Shown here: positions 43,753 to 53,443 of the stretch, in pieces
Layout of the letters: every line of letters starts with the position of its first letter
Numbering within the stretch: the stretch's first letter is position 1
Assembly (NCBI GenBank): GCA_964479515.1
Contig: CAYZMR010000001.1
Location: 6,498 to 70,497, forward strand
Length of the DNA stretch: 64,000 nucleotides
From: an uncultured Hyphomicrobiales bacterium
Lineage (GTDB): Bacteria > Pseudomonadota > Alphaproteobacteria > Rhizobiales > Xanthobacteraceae
Direction of reading: 5' to 3'
Notes under the pieces: generated by a model
Told to the model about the DNA's origin: nothing
Databases searched by the model: none
The model's input: only the letters and a program-made list of their open reading frames with translations
Made by a program: the position numbers and the translations under genes

Positions 43753-44802
43753 CTAGCGCAAAACCGCCCGCGGGGGAGGAGGAGGCTGGTTCGATGCTTT
43801 CTCGCGCTTGTCCAGTAGCGTGCCGAGAATGCCCTTGGGCATGTAGATGATGAACAGGATCAAGAGCAGCCCATAAATCAAGGTGTCGAGCGCAAGCGCG
43901 GCCGAGCCGAACAGGGCCTGCAGCATCGGCGAGCCTTGCACCGTCACGCGCAGCACCTCGGACAGGACTTGCGTGAATACCGCGCCGACCGTGGGTCCGA
44001 GCATCACCCACAACCCGCCCGCGATACACGCGAACACGATGTTGAGCGAAACCCCGAGACCCGCAATGGTGTCCGGCACGATATACATCTGATACTGAGC
44101 ATAGATCGCGCCGCCAAGCGCGCACATGGCCGCCGAGATCGCCGTAATCTTCAGCTTCTCGCGCGTCACATTGATGCCGACCGAGGCCGCGGCCTCCTCG
44201 TCCTGGCCCGCGGCATCGAGCGCGTAGCGGTCCATGCTGCGATCGACGCGCCACCAGACATAGAGCCCGACCAGCCAGAGCGCGAGCGCGATGTAATAGG
44301 AGAGCACGCGATCCGGCTCGAACTGCATCGCGTACAGCGAGAGCCCGTCGCCATAGCGCCGCGGCTGCGTGCCGAGCGATCCGCCGGTGTAGTCGCGCAA
44401 GCCCACGATGCACAGCCGGACGAATTCGGTGAGTGCGAGTGTCAGCAGCGCGAAGTAGTGCCCCGTGATGCGCATGTGGAAGCACGGATACCCGACCAGA
44501 AGCGCGACGATGACCGCGATCAGAATCGCTGCCGGAATGCCGAGCCACGGCGTCAGCCCCGCATAGTTCCACAGCAGCACGGTCACATAGGCGCCGATGC
44601 CGGTGAATGCGCCGTGGCCGAGCGAGGTGAGGCCGAAGCGGCCCATCAGCGACCAGCCGGTATAGATGAAGGACCAGATCAGGATCTGGATCAGCAGATG
44701 CAGGTAATATTTCTCCGAGCCGCCGAAGAGCTGATGCACGACGAACGGCAGCGCGATCAGGACCGGTAGACCGATCACGGCCGTACGAGACATTCGCATC
44801 AT
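43753..44802 (-). CDS. branched-chain amino acid ABC transporter permease (LivM type)
   Basis: ATG 44802 (ATGA overlap) inside track ORF 43753..45198. Hydrophobic, 349 aa. Confidence 0.9.
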   Translation of the reverse strand: MMRMSRTAVIGLPVLIALPFVVHQLFGGSEKYYLHLLIQILIWSFIYTGWSLMGRFGLTSLGHGAFTGIGAYVTVLLWNYAGLTPWLGIPAAILIAVIVALLVGYPCFHMRITGHYFALLTLALTEFVRLCIVGLRDYTGGSLGTQPRRYGDGLSLYAMQFEPDRVLSYYIALALWLVGLYVWWRVDRSMDRYALDAAGQDEEAAASVGINVTREKLKITAISAAMCALGGAIYAQYQMYIVPDTIAGLGVSLNIVFACIAGGLWVMLGPTVGAVFTQVLSEVLRVTVQGSPMLQALFGSAALALDTLIYGLLLILFIIYMPKGILGTLLDKREKASNQPPPPPRAVLR

Positions 44803-45668
44803 GATCGGCCCCCGAACAGGCCCTGCGGACGGATGAAGATCACCACCATGAAGAACAGGAAGGCGATGGCGTAACCCCATTCGGTGGCAAAGCACGAGCC
44901 GCCGACCGCGATGAACTCGCTGATGATGAACGCCGCGATAAAACCGCCGATCAGGCTGCCGAGCCCGCCAAGCACGCAGATCATGAAGATCAGGGGACCG
45001 AACTGCAGCCCGATCTGCGGATAGATGTCGTACTGCAGGACCATCAACGCCGCCGCCAGGCCCGCAAGCCCGCCGCCGATCGCCGACGTGATGAGATAGA
45101 TGCGGCGCTGATCGACGCCCATTAGCGGCATGATCTGGCGATCCTGCGCGATCGCGCGGATCGCGATGCCGACGTAGGTGCGCGAGAGAAACAGCCACAG
45201 CACCAGCATCGCGGCGAGCGCGACGCCGAACGTGATGATGCGCGAATAGGAGAACGACATGTCGGCGAATGTGAAGGAGCCGAAGCGGATGCCGAGATTG
45301 CGGAAGTCGATGCCGAACGCCATCGTGGCGGCGGCCTGAAGAACGAAAAGGACACCACCCGTGACGAGGAGCTGGTTGATCGGCGCGGAGTCGAGCACGG
45401 GCCGGATCACGAGCTGATGCAGGATCGCGCCCGCGAGCGCGACCAGCAGGACGCCGAACAGCGCCGCGACGATCAGCGGCGCACCGGCCTTATGGACGTA
45501 GAAGATGCCGTACATGCCGATCATCACAAGCTCGGCGTAGCAGATCCACACGACGTCGATGACGCCGAAGATGAGATTGAGGCCAAGTGCCAGCAGCGCC
45601 AGCAGGCCGGCGAGCAACAGGCCGTTGAGGACCGCCTCGAGGAAGAAGATGTCGAGCTGGCAGTCCAT
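44799..45668 (-). CDS. branched-chain amino acid ABC transporter permease (LivH type)
   Basis: ATG 45668 inside track ORF 44799..45947. MDCQLDIFFLEAVLNGLLLAGLLALLALGLNLIFG. Confidence 0.9.
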   Translation of the reverse strand: MDCQLDIFFLEAVLNGLLLAGLLALLALGLNLIFGVIDVVWICYAELVMIGMYGIFYVHKAGAPLIVAALFGVLLVALAGAILHQLVIRPVLDSAPINQLLVTGGVLFVLQAAATMAFGIDFRNLGIRFGSFTFADMSFSYSRIITFGVALAAMLVLWLFLSRTYVGIAIRAIAQDRQIMPLMGVDQRRIYLITSAIGGGLAGLAAALMVLQYDIYPQIGLQFGPLIFMICVLGGLGSLIGGFIAAFIISEFIAVGGSCFATEWGYAIAFLFFMVVIFIRPQGLFGGRS

Positions 45669-46372
45669 CAAACCCCCATATACGCCTTGCGGATCTCGTC
45701 GCTCGCCGAGAGTTCCGCGGCCGCGCCACTCGCCTTGATGCGTCCGACTTCGAGCAGGTAGGCGCGGTCCGCAATCTTGAGCACCTGGCGCACGTTCTGC
45801 TCCACGATCAGCACCGTGTAGCCCTCGCGGCGGATACGGCGCACGAGATCGAACACCTGCGCGACGATGACAGGCGCGAGCCCCATGGAAGGCTCGTCGA
45901 GCAGGACGAGCTTCGGCCCGCTCATCAGCGCGCGCGCGATCGCGCACATCTGCTGCTCGCCGCCGGACAGCGTCCCGGCAAGCTGCGCATGGCGTTCCTT
46001 CAGCCGGGGAAAGAGCTCGTAGACGAACGCGAGCCGCTCTTCGAACTTCTTGCGCGCCGGCGGGATGAACGCCCCGATCTTGAGATTGCTCTCCACCGAC
46101 AGGCGCGGAAACAGGCGTCTGCCTTCCGGCACATGCGCGATGCCGGTCTCGATGATCTTGTGCGGCGGCGTGTCTCGCAGCGAAACGCCGTCCATCGTCA
46201 TTGCGCCGGCGGAAGCCGGCAGCAGCCCGGAGATGACGCGCAGGAGCGTCGTCTTGCCGGCGCCGTTCGAGCCGATCACGGCGATCACCTCGCCGGCCTT
46301 CACCGACATCGAAATCTTAAACAGCGCCTGGAAGGCGCCATAGCCGGCATCGATGTCGGTCAGTTCCAACAT
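45668..46372 (-). CDS. ABC transporter ATP-binding protein (LivF type)
   Basis: 234-aa ORF with Walker A GSNGAGKTT and signature LSGGEQQ. Confidence 0.9.
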   Translation of the reverse strand: MLELTDIDAGYGAFQALFKISMSVKAGEVIAVIGSNGAGKTTLLRVISGLLPASAGAMTMDGVSLRDTPPHKIIETGIAHVPEGRRLFPRLSVESNLKIGAFIPPARKKFEERLAFVYELFPRLKERHAQLAGTLSGGEQQMCAIARALMSGPKLVLLDEPSMGLAPVIVAQVFDLVRRIRREGYTVLIVEQNVRQVLKIADRAYLLEVGRIKASGAAAELSASDEIRKAYMGV

Positions 46373-47106
46373 CAGGTCACCGCCTCGGTGCCCAGATAGA
46401 CCTCCACCACGCGCGCGTTCGCCTGCGCCGCCTTCGGGACGCCTGCGAAGATCACCTCGCCATGATCGAGCACCACGACGCGATCGACCACGCGCATCAG
46501 CACGCCCATGATGTGTTCGACCCAGACGATCGTGATGCCTTTCTCGCGACGGATGCGGTTGAGCATGTCGGCGGCCTGCTCCATTTCGGCGTGATCAAGG
46601 CCGTTGAGACTCTCGTCCGCGAGCAGCAGGCGCGGCTGCGTCGCGAGTGCGCGGGCAAGTTCCAGTTTCTTAAGCGCCGCCGCGCCGAGCCCGTCGGTGG
46701 TGGTCCGCGCATCGGTCGGCAGGCCCACGAGTGCGAGAGCCTCCTCGGCGAAGCGCCAACAATTGGCGCGCGTCGCGCCGCGGTCCTGGCCGAAATAAGC
46801 CGACAGCGCGACGTTCTCCAGCAGCGTCAAGTTACGGAACGGCCGTGGGATCTGGAAGGTGCGGCCGATGCCCTTGTGGCACACGCTGGTCGCCGGCAGC
46901 CCCGCGATCTCGGCATCCTCGAACAAGACGCTGCCGGCGCTGGGCGCGTAGAGTCCCGCGATGCAGTTGAATGTCGTGCTCTTGCCCGACCCGTTCGGGC
47001 CGATCAGCCCGAGGATTTCACCTTCCTCGACCGCGAAGGAAACATCATTGACGGCCCGCAACGCTCCGAACCGCTTCGACAGGCCGGAGACATTGAGCAG
47101 AGGCAT
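46372..47106 (-). CDS. ABC transporter ATP-binding protein (LivG type)
   Basis: ATG 47106 inside track ORF 46372..47229. Walker A GPNGSGKST. Confidence 0.9.
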   Translation of the reverse strand: MPLLNVSGLSKRFGALRAVNDVSFAVEEGEILGLIGPNGSGKSTTFNCIAGLYAPSAGSVLFEDAEIAGLPATSVCHKGIGRTFQIPRPFRNLTLLENVALSAYFGQDRGATRANCWRFAEEALALVGLPTDARTTTDGLGAAALKKLELARALATQPRLLLADESLNGLDHAEMEQAADMLNRIRREKGITIVWVEHIMGVLMRVVDRVVVLDHGEVIFAGVPKAAQANARVVEVYLGTEAVT

Positions 47107-47133
47107 GGACGCACGCACTCGATCGTTTGCTTC

Positions 47134-47160
47134 ATCCCTCCCCGCTTCGCGGGGAGGGAT
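47134..47160 (-). other. intercistronic GC-rich stem-loop between SBP gene and ATPase gene
   Basis: atccctccccgc-ttc-gcggggagggat, an 11-12 bp perfect stem abutting the SBP stop codon (47160-47162). No U-run follows on the coding strand. Confidence 0.6.
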
Positions 47161-48449
47161 TACTTCGCGTAGGCATGTCCCTTCGGCAGCGGCACAACCG
47201 GATCGGCGGTCTTGATCGCGGTCGGCCACACCACCTTGGTCTCGCCGTTCACGAACTGCATGACCACCGGCGACGAGCGCTCGTTCTGTCCCGCCATCAG
47301 CGTGCCGGGTCCGAAGAATTTCACGCCATAGCCCTGAATGGTACCGCCGATCGGGATATCGGTGTCGAGCGCCGCCTTGCGCAGCGCCTCCGGATCATAG
47401 CCGCCATACTTCTTGATCGCGCGCGGCAGCACGTCGGTGAGGAAGATCCAGTTGTTGTTAAAGCCCATCGACACGTGCGGCGGTACTTCGTTGGCGCCAG
47501 TCTCGGCCTTGTAGCGCTTGACCATCTCGGCGGTGAGATCGCCGAGGCCGGGCTTGAGCGTCTTGGCGTCGAGCAGTTGCGCCGGCACGGGATCGACGTC
47601 GAGCAGATAGTTCACGTCGTCCTTGAAGGTCTCGTACAGCTTGTCGATCTGGCTGTAGCCGGCGCCGTGGCCGATCAGTGCCTGGAATTTCAGGCCCGCT
47701 TCCTTGGCTTGGCGCAGGAACAGCGTGATGTCGGGATTGTACCCCGTGTGCAGGATGACGTCGGGCTGCGCGCGGCGCAGCTTGCTCACCATGGCGGACA
47801 AATCACTCGTGGTCGCCGAATAGGCTTCCTTGTGCACGATCTGCATGCCGAGTTCTTTGCAACGCGTCTCGTTCGCCGTTGCGACGCCCACTCCGTACGG
47901 CCCATCTTCGTGGATGATCGCGACCTTGATGTCCTTCACGTCCTTGCCGAATTTCTTGGCGTTCTCGGCGATGAAGGAGCATGAAGCGTCGCCGTACTGA
48001 TCCGAATGGATTGTCGGGCGGAAGACGTATTGCAGGTTCTTGCCCTTGAGCACGGCAGACGAGACGCAAACCGGCATCCAGAAAAACTTCTTGGCGGCGT
48101 CGACTTTCGCGGCCAACGGCACGCACTGCGCGCTCGAATAGACGCCTGTGATAAGATCGACCTTCTGCTCATTGAGCAGACGTTCGGCCTCGTTGATCGC
48201 CACGTCGATCTTCGACTGCGCATCAGCGCTTATCATCACGATCTTGTGGCCCTCGATGCCTCCGCGCTCGTTGATGATGTCGATCACGATCTTGGTGCCG
48301 ATCGCGGCGGCTTTCGAGCCGCCGGCCGCGAATGGACCGGTCAGGTCGTAGATTGCTCCGATCTTGATATCCTGGGCGGCCGCCACGGCGCTGAACGCGA
48401 GTCCAGCGAACGCACCAAGACTTAATTTCGCGATGACGCGATGCATCAA
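47160..48449 (-). CDS. ABC transporter substrate-binding protein (LivK type)
   Basis: 429-aa ORF with signal peptide LSLGAFAGLAFSAVAAA and a type-I PBP pattern. Confidence 0.9.
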   Translation of the reverse strand: MMHRVIAKLSLGAFAGLAFSAVAAAQDIKIGAIYDLTGPFAAGGSKAAAIGTKIVIDIINERGGIEGHKIVMISADAQSKIDVAINEAERLLNEQKVDLITGVYSSAQCVPLAAKVDAAKKFFWMPVCVSSAVLKGKNLQYVFRPTIHSDQYGDASCSFIAENAKKFGKDVKDIKVAIIHEDGPYGVGVATANETRCKELGMQIVHKEAYSATTSDLSAMVSKLRRAQPDVILHTGYNPDITLFLRQAKEAGLKFQALIGHGAGYSQIDKLYETFKDDVNYLLDVDPVPAQLLDAKTLKPGLGDLTAEMVKRYKAETGANEVPPHVSMGFNNNWIFLTDVLPRAIKKYGGYDPEALRKAALDTDIPIGGTIQGYGVKFFGPGTLMAGQNERSSPVVMQFVNGETKVVWPTAIKTADPVVPLPKGHAYAK

Positions 48450-48587
48450 TTCCTCCCCTGACGCGGCCGTTCGACCGATTTCTTTTTTTCAAGTGTGCGG
48501 AGCGTGGCCCGGACTTGTCAATGGGATGGCTTTGCCGCAGCGTGCCTCGATTTCGTGCAAAGCACGAGGTTGATAAGTGGACGTGGC

Positions 48588-49334
48588 ATGACGACAACCA
48601 TCTTCGCGGCTGGTGGCTATCGCTACATCCCGGCTGGCTTCCAGTATTCGGCTGGCGTCGCGGCGGAGCCGGGCTTCGAGATCCGGCGCGTCCGCTTCCA
48701 CGCACCGATCCCGCTGGCGCAGGGCTTCGCGCGCATCGAAGACATCATCCACGCCGGCGGCCGGCCGCTGACGTCATTTTGCGCCTGCGAGCTGCGCTCG
48801 CCCGCACCGTTCACCGAAGACGGATTCCGCGCCTTCAACGAGATCTATGCCGGGACGTTGCGCCGCTGGGGCCTGTTCGACGGCGGCGTCAACCCTGTCG
48901 CACGCAGCAATGTCTGCCCCGAAATCGATCCGCCGTCCGAGCCTTCCTTCCACGCGTTCTGCTTCACGGTCGCGGCGCAATCGTCCGCCCCGACCTTCGT
49001 GGTCGCGGGCAGCGCCGAAGCCCTTGAGGGCAAGGCGAACTATCGCGAGCACACGGTGCGGCGCGGCGAAACGTCACCCGACGCGATGCGCGAAAAGGCG
49101 ATCTATGTGCTCGGCGAGATGGAGCGGCGGCTGACCCTGCTCGGCTTTGGTTGGGCCGACACCACGGCGACCCAGGTTTACACCGTGCACGACCTGCATC
49201 CATTTCTCGCCGACGAAATCGTGCGCCGCGGCGCGGCGCATGCCGGCCTCGCGTGGCACTTCGCCCGCCCGCCGGTGCGCGACCTCGAATATGAGATGGA
49301 CTGCCGCGGCATCGCGACAGAACGCGTCGTATAA
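48588..49334 (+). CDS. conserved hypothetical protein (248 aa); family not recognised with confidence
   Basis: ATG 48588 inside track ORF 48495..49334. Coding-like composition. N-terminus MTTTIFAAGGYRYIPAGFQYSAGV. No catalytic motif I can name. Confidence 0.6.
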   Translation: MTTTIFAAGGYRYIPAGFQYSAGVAAEPGFEIRRVRFHAPIPLAQGFARIEDIIHAGGRPLTSFCACELRSPAPFTEDGFRAFNEIYAGTLRRWGLFDGGVNPVARSNVCPEIDPPSEPSFHAFCFTVAAQSSAPTFVVAGSAEALEGKANYREHTVRRGETSPDAMREKAIYVLGEMERRLTLLGFGWADTTATQVYTVHDLHPFLADEIVRRGAAHAGLAWHFARPPVRDLEYEMDCRGIATERVV

Positions 49335-49336
49335 CG

Positions 49337-51673
49337 TCAGGCGTGCTTGGCGCCGCCATTCGCCTTTTGGATCGTCTCCCACACGCGGCTCGGTGTCGCC
49401 GGCATGTCGATGCGGTCGATGCCCAGCGGCTTGAGCGCGTCGATGATCGCATTGATGACGACCGGCGGCGCACCGATCGTGCCGGACTCGCCGATCCCCT
49501 TCACGCCGATCGGGTTGGTCAGGCACGGCACCTCTTCGAGCGCGATCTCGAAATGAGGCAGCATGTCGGCGCGCGGCATCGCGTAGTCCATGAAGCTGCC
49601 GGTGACGAGCTGCGCGGACTCGCGGTCGTACACGGCATGCTCGTACAGCGCCTGCCCGATGCCCTGCGCCACGCCGCCATGCTGCTGGCCGTTGACGATC
49701 ATCGGGTTCAGGACCTGGCCGAGATCGTCGACCATCACGTAGCGGTCGACCTTCACCTCGCCGGTCTCCGGATCGATCTCGACCTCGACCGCGTGCGCAC
49801 CGTTCGGATGGCTCGGAGGCTCGGGCGAGTAGCTGCCCGTACCCTCCAGACCGATCCCGAATTTCGTCATCGGACCCATCGGCGCAAAGGACGCCTTGGC
49901 GACTTCGGTCAGCGGAATCGCCTTGTCGGTGCCGGCGACCTTGAAACTCCCGTCCTTGAACTCGATGTCGCCCGCGTCCGCCTCCATCATGGCGGCGGCC
50001 ATCGGCTTCGCCTTCGCGATGATCGCGTCGGCGGCGTATTTGAGCGAGCTGCCGCCCACCACCGCGCTGCGCGCGCCGTACGTGCCGCGGCCGAACTGCA
50101 CCTGCGCGGTGTCGCCCTGAACGTAGCGGATGCTTTCGAACGGCACGCCGAGGAATTCATGCACGAGCTGCGCGAAGACCGTCGCGTGGCCCTGACCGTG
50201 CGAATGCGTGCCGCCGAAGACCGTGACCGTGCCGCCCGGATCGAAGCGGATGTCCATCCGGTCGTTGAAGATGCCGCCGAACTCGATGTAGTAGCAGACC
50301 GAGCGGCCGCGCAGTTTGCCGTTTTTCTCCGACGTCTTGCGGCGTTTTTCGTAGCCCTTCCAGTCGACCATCTCGACGCACTTGTCCAAGAGACGGACGA
50401 ACTCGCCCGAATCGTAGGTGTAGAACGTCGGCGTGTTGTAGGGAAACTTGTCCGGCGCAATGAGATTGACGCGGCGGATCTCCGCCGGGTCCATTCCGAT
50501 CTCATTCGCCGCATGCTCGATCATGCGCTCCGTGAAGTACGCGGCCTCGGGGCGTCCCGCGCCGCGATAGGGTCCGGCCTGCGGCGTGTTGGTGAACATG
50601 CCTTTGCACATGATGTGCATGGTCTGCACGTCGTAGGCCTCGGGAATGAAGCGCAGCGAGAACAGGCCGGATACCATGCCGGGGCCGACGAAATAAGCGC
50701 CGACCTGGAACAGCGACTGCGAACGGATCGCAAGGATCTTTCCCTTCTCGTCGAGCGCGAGCTCGCCATAACTCACGAGATCGCGGCCCGTGTGATCGGT
50801 CATCATGCTTTCGGAGCGCGTCGCGACCCATTTCACCGGCCGATGCAGCTTGCGCGAAGCCCAGAGCACGAGCACATCGTCCGGAAACACGCTGCCTTTG
50901 AGCCCAAACCCACCGCCGACATCCGGCGCGACCACGCGCAACTGGTTCTCGGCGATATGCAGGATGTGCGCGACCTCCATCCGCACGCCGTGCGGATTCT
51001 GCGATGCGGTGTAAAGCGTGTAGCTGTCCTCGGTCGCATTATAGTCGCCAATCGCGGTACGCGGCTCCATCGAGACGGGCGTCAGGCGATTGTTCTCCAT
51101 GCGTAGCTTGGCGACGTGCTTCGCCTTGGCGAACGCCGCGTCGGTCGCCGCCTGGTCACCGAACATCAGCATGAAGGCGACATTGCCGTTCGGATTGTCG
51201 TCCCACACCTTCGGCGCGCCATCCTTGGCGGCGTCCTCGACCAGCGCGACCGCCGGCAGCTCCTCGTAATGGACCTCCACCAGTTCGGCGGCATCGCGCG
51301 CCTGCGCTTCCGTCTCCGCCACGACGAACGCCACGCGATCGCCGACGAAGCGCACCTTGTCGGACTGCAGCACGTGCTGATGGACGCGGTGGCCCTTCGG
51401 CGCACCGAGGTCCTCCGGCATCATGCCGGCCGTAAACGCGCCGAGCTTGTCGTGCGCGGCATCTTTCCCGGTCAACACCGCGAGGACGCCGGGTGCCGCC
51501 TTCGCCTTCGAGACGTCGATCGTCTTGACGCGCGCATGCGCGTGCGGCGAGAGCACGTTCACCCCGTGGCACATGCCGGGCAAGGTTATGTCGTCGACGT
51601 AGCGCCCCGCCCCGGTGAGAAACCGCCGGTCCTCGACGCGCCGCACTGCTTGCCCGATTCCGAACTTGGCCAT
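49337..51673 (-). CDS. xanthine dehydrogenase/CO dehydrogenase family molybdopterin-binding large subunit (form-II CoxL-like)
   Basis: ATG 51673 inside track ORF 49337..51766. N-terminus MAKFGIGQAVRRVEDRRFLTGAGRYVDD and active-site loop GPYRGAGRPEA (compare the AYRGAGR motif of form II CoxL-like proteins). Confidence 0.9.
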   Translation of the reverse strand: MAKFGIGQAVRRVEDRRFLTGAGRYVDDITLPGMCHGVNVLSPHAHARVKTIDVSKAKAAPGVLAVLTGKDAAHDKLGAFTAGMMPEDLGAPKGHRVHQHVLQSDKVRFVGDRVAFVVAETEAQARDAAELVEVHYEELPAVALVEDAAKDGAPKVWDDNPNGNVAFMLMFGDQAATDAAFAKAKHVAKLRMENNRLTPVSMEPRTAIGDYNATEDSYTLYTASQNPHGVRMEVAHILHIAENQLRVVAPDVGGGFGLKGSVFPDDVLVLWASRKLHRPVKWVATRSESMMTDHTGRDLVSYGELALDEKGKILAIRSQSLFQVGAYFVGPGMVSGLFSLRFIPEAYDVQTMHIMCKGMFTNTPQAGPYRGAGRPEAAYFTERMIEHAANEIGMDPAEIRRVNLIAPDKFPYNTPTFYTYDSGEFVRLLDKCVEMVDWKGYEKRRKTSEKNGKLRGRSVCYYIEFGGIFNDRMDIRFDPGGTVTVFGGTHSHGQGHATVFAQLVHEFLGVPFESIRYVQGDTAQVQFGRGTYGARSAVVGGSSLKYAADAIIAKAKPMAAAMMEADAGDIEFKDGSFKVAGTDKAIPLTEVAKASFAPMGPMTKFGIGLEGTGSYSPEPPSHPNGAHAVEVEIDPETGEVKVDRYVMVDDLGQVLNPMIVNGQQHGGVAQGIGQALYEHAVYDRESAQLVTGSFMDYAMPRADMLPHFEIALEEVPCLTNPIGVKGIGESGTIGAPPVVINAIIDALKPLGIDRIDMPATPSRVWETIQKANGGAKHA

Positions 51674-51762
51674 TTTCGGTCCTCTTGGTGGGATCGATGA
51701 TTGACGTCCTGGGCGAGACGATATGTTGGCGATGCGCGCAGAGCAAATGCCGCGGCGTAATG

Positions 51763-53430
51763 TCACTCGGCCGCCTTCACCGGCGTGTAGCCATACAAAT
51801 CCCGTGCCGTTTCATCCGACACCAGCCCATCGGCGAGATCGCGCGCCACGCGCTCGGCGGCGCGTTCCGTCGCGGCGCCGATGCCGCCGCCGCCCGGCGT
51901 CAGCACGACGAGCCGATCGCCGGGGGGCACTTCCTGGAAACCCTTGCCGCGCATCTTCTTGCCCGACTTGAGCCCGATATAGCCCGCGGCGCCGTCCGCC
52001 CCGCCGTCGCGTCCGCGCGCCGGATGCTCGATGCGGTCGAACGCCGCCAAGATGTCCCACGGTCGCCCGACGCCGCTCTCGATCTCGATGACCTGGCCGA
52101 GCCCGCCGCGCGTGCGGCCGGCGCCGCCGCTGCCCGGCCGCAGCTCCTTCTTCCAGAAGATGAGCGGTGTCTGGCTCTCGGCGATCTCGACCGGCGTGCC
52201 GCGCACGCCGCTCGGATAGGCGGTCGCCGAAAGTCCGTCCTTGTCGGGCCGCGCGCCGGTGCCGCCATTGCTGGTCACCGACATCATGAACCCGTAATTG
52301 CCGCCCGCGCCCGATTGCGTTTCGCCGCGTACGTTCAGGTTCCACAGGCACGACGTGCCTTCCGCCGGCACGCGGTCCGGGATGATCTGGCGCAGGCAGC
52401 CGAACACCACGTCGGGCAGCATCTGCCCGATCACATGGCGGATGCAGACCGGTGCCGGCTTCGGCGCGTTGAGGATCGCGCCCTTCGGCGCCGACACGGT
52501 GAGCGGCCCGAGCGATCCGGCATTGTTTGGGATCGCGCTCGCGACCACGCAGCCGAGCCCGAACACCGTATAGGCGGTCGTGTAGGCCATCGGCACGTTG
52601 ATGCCGTAGCGCGATTGCGGCGAGGTGCCGGTGTAGTCGACATGGATGCCGTTACCCGACACCGTGAGCGCGGCCGCAAGCGTCACCGCATGGTCGTAGC
52701 CGTCGACCGTCATCTCGCTATGCCACGTGCCGCGCGGCAGCTTGCCGATCTCGGCCATCACGGCCTCCCGCGAGCGCGCGCAGATGTGCTCGGCGAGCAC
52801 GTCGAGCGTAGAGATGCCGAACTCGTCCATCATCTCAATGAGGCGTTTGACGCCAACATCGTTGCAGGCGGCGAGCGAATAGGTATCGCCCTCGGTGTCG
52901 ATCGGCAGCCGCGTGTTGGCGCGGATCATCGCCATCAGGGTCTCGTTCACCACGCCCTGATCGATCAGCTTGAGCATCGGGATGTAGAGCCCTTCCATGA
53001 ACACGTCGGTCGCGTCCGGCCCGAAGCCGATGCCGCCGATGTCCATGAGATGGCTGGTGCAGGAGAACAGCGCGACGAGCTGGCCGTTCTTGAAGGCGGG
53101 CGTCGTGATGACGAAGTCGTTGAGATGGCCGGTGCCCATCCAGGGATCGTTGGTGATGTAGGCGTCGCCGGGCTTCATCGTGTCGAGCGGGAAATGGCGG
53201 ATGAAGTGCTTCACCGACTCGGCCATCGAATTGACGTGGCCCGGCGTGCCAGTCACCGCCTGCGCCAGCATGCGGCCGTGCCGGTCGAACACGCCGGCCG
53301 AGAGATCGCCACATTCGCGCACGATCGGCGAGAACGCCGTGCGCATCAGCACCTGTGCCTGCTCCTCCACGACCGCGATCAGGCGGTTCCACATGATCTG
53401 CAGGTCGATGAGATGGGTGGCGTGGGTCAT
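51763..53430 (-). CDS. hyuB: hydantoinase B / oxoprolinase family protein
   Basis: ATG 53430 (SD GGGAGA) inside track ORF 51763..53445. The alternative ATG 53445 lies inside the repeat. Typical HyuB N-terminus DLQIMWNRLIAVVEEQA. Confidence 0.9.
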   Translation of the reverse strand: MTHATHLIDLQIMWNRLIAVVEEQAQVLMRTAFSPIVRECGDLSAGVFDRHGRMLAQAVTGTPGHVNSMAESVKHFIRHFPLDTMKPGDAYITNDPWMGTGHLNDFVITTPAFKNGQLVALFSCTSHLMDIGGIGFGPDATDVFMEGLYIPMLKLIDQGVVNETLMAMIRANTRLPIDTEGDTYSLAACNDVGVKRLIEMMDEFGISTLDVLAEHICARSREAVMAEIGKLPRGTWHSEMTVDGYDHAVTLAAALTVSGNGIHVDYTGTSPQSRYGINVPMAYTTAYTVFGLGCVVASAIPNNAGSLGPLTVSAPKGAILNAPKPAPVCIRHVIGQMLPDVVFGCLRQIIPDRVPAEGTSCLWNLNVRGETQSGAGGNYGFMMSVTSNGGTGARPDKDGLSATAYPSGVRGTPVEIAESQTPLIFWKKELRPGSGGAGRTRGGLGQVIEIESGVGRPWDILAAFDRIEHPARGRDGGADGAAGYIGLKSGKKMRGKGFQEVPPGDRLVVLTPGGGGIGAATERAAERVARDLADGLVSDETARDLYGYTPVKAAE

Positions 53431-53443
53431 GACACATTCTCCC

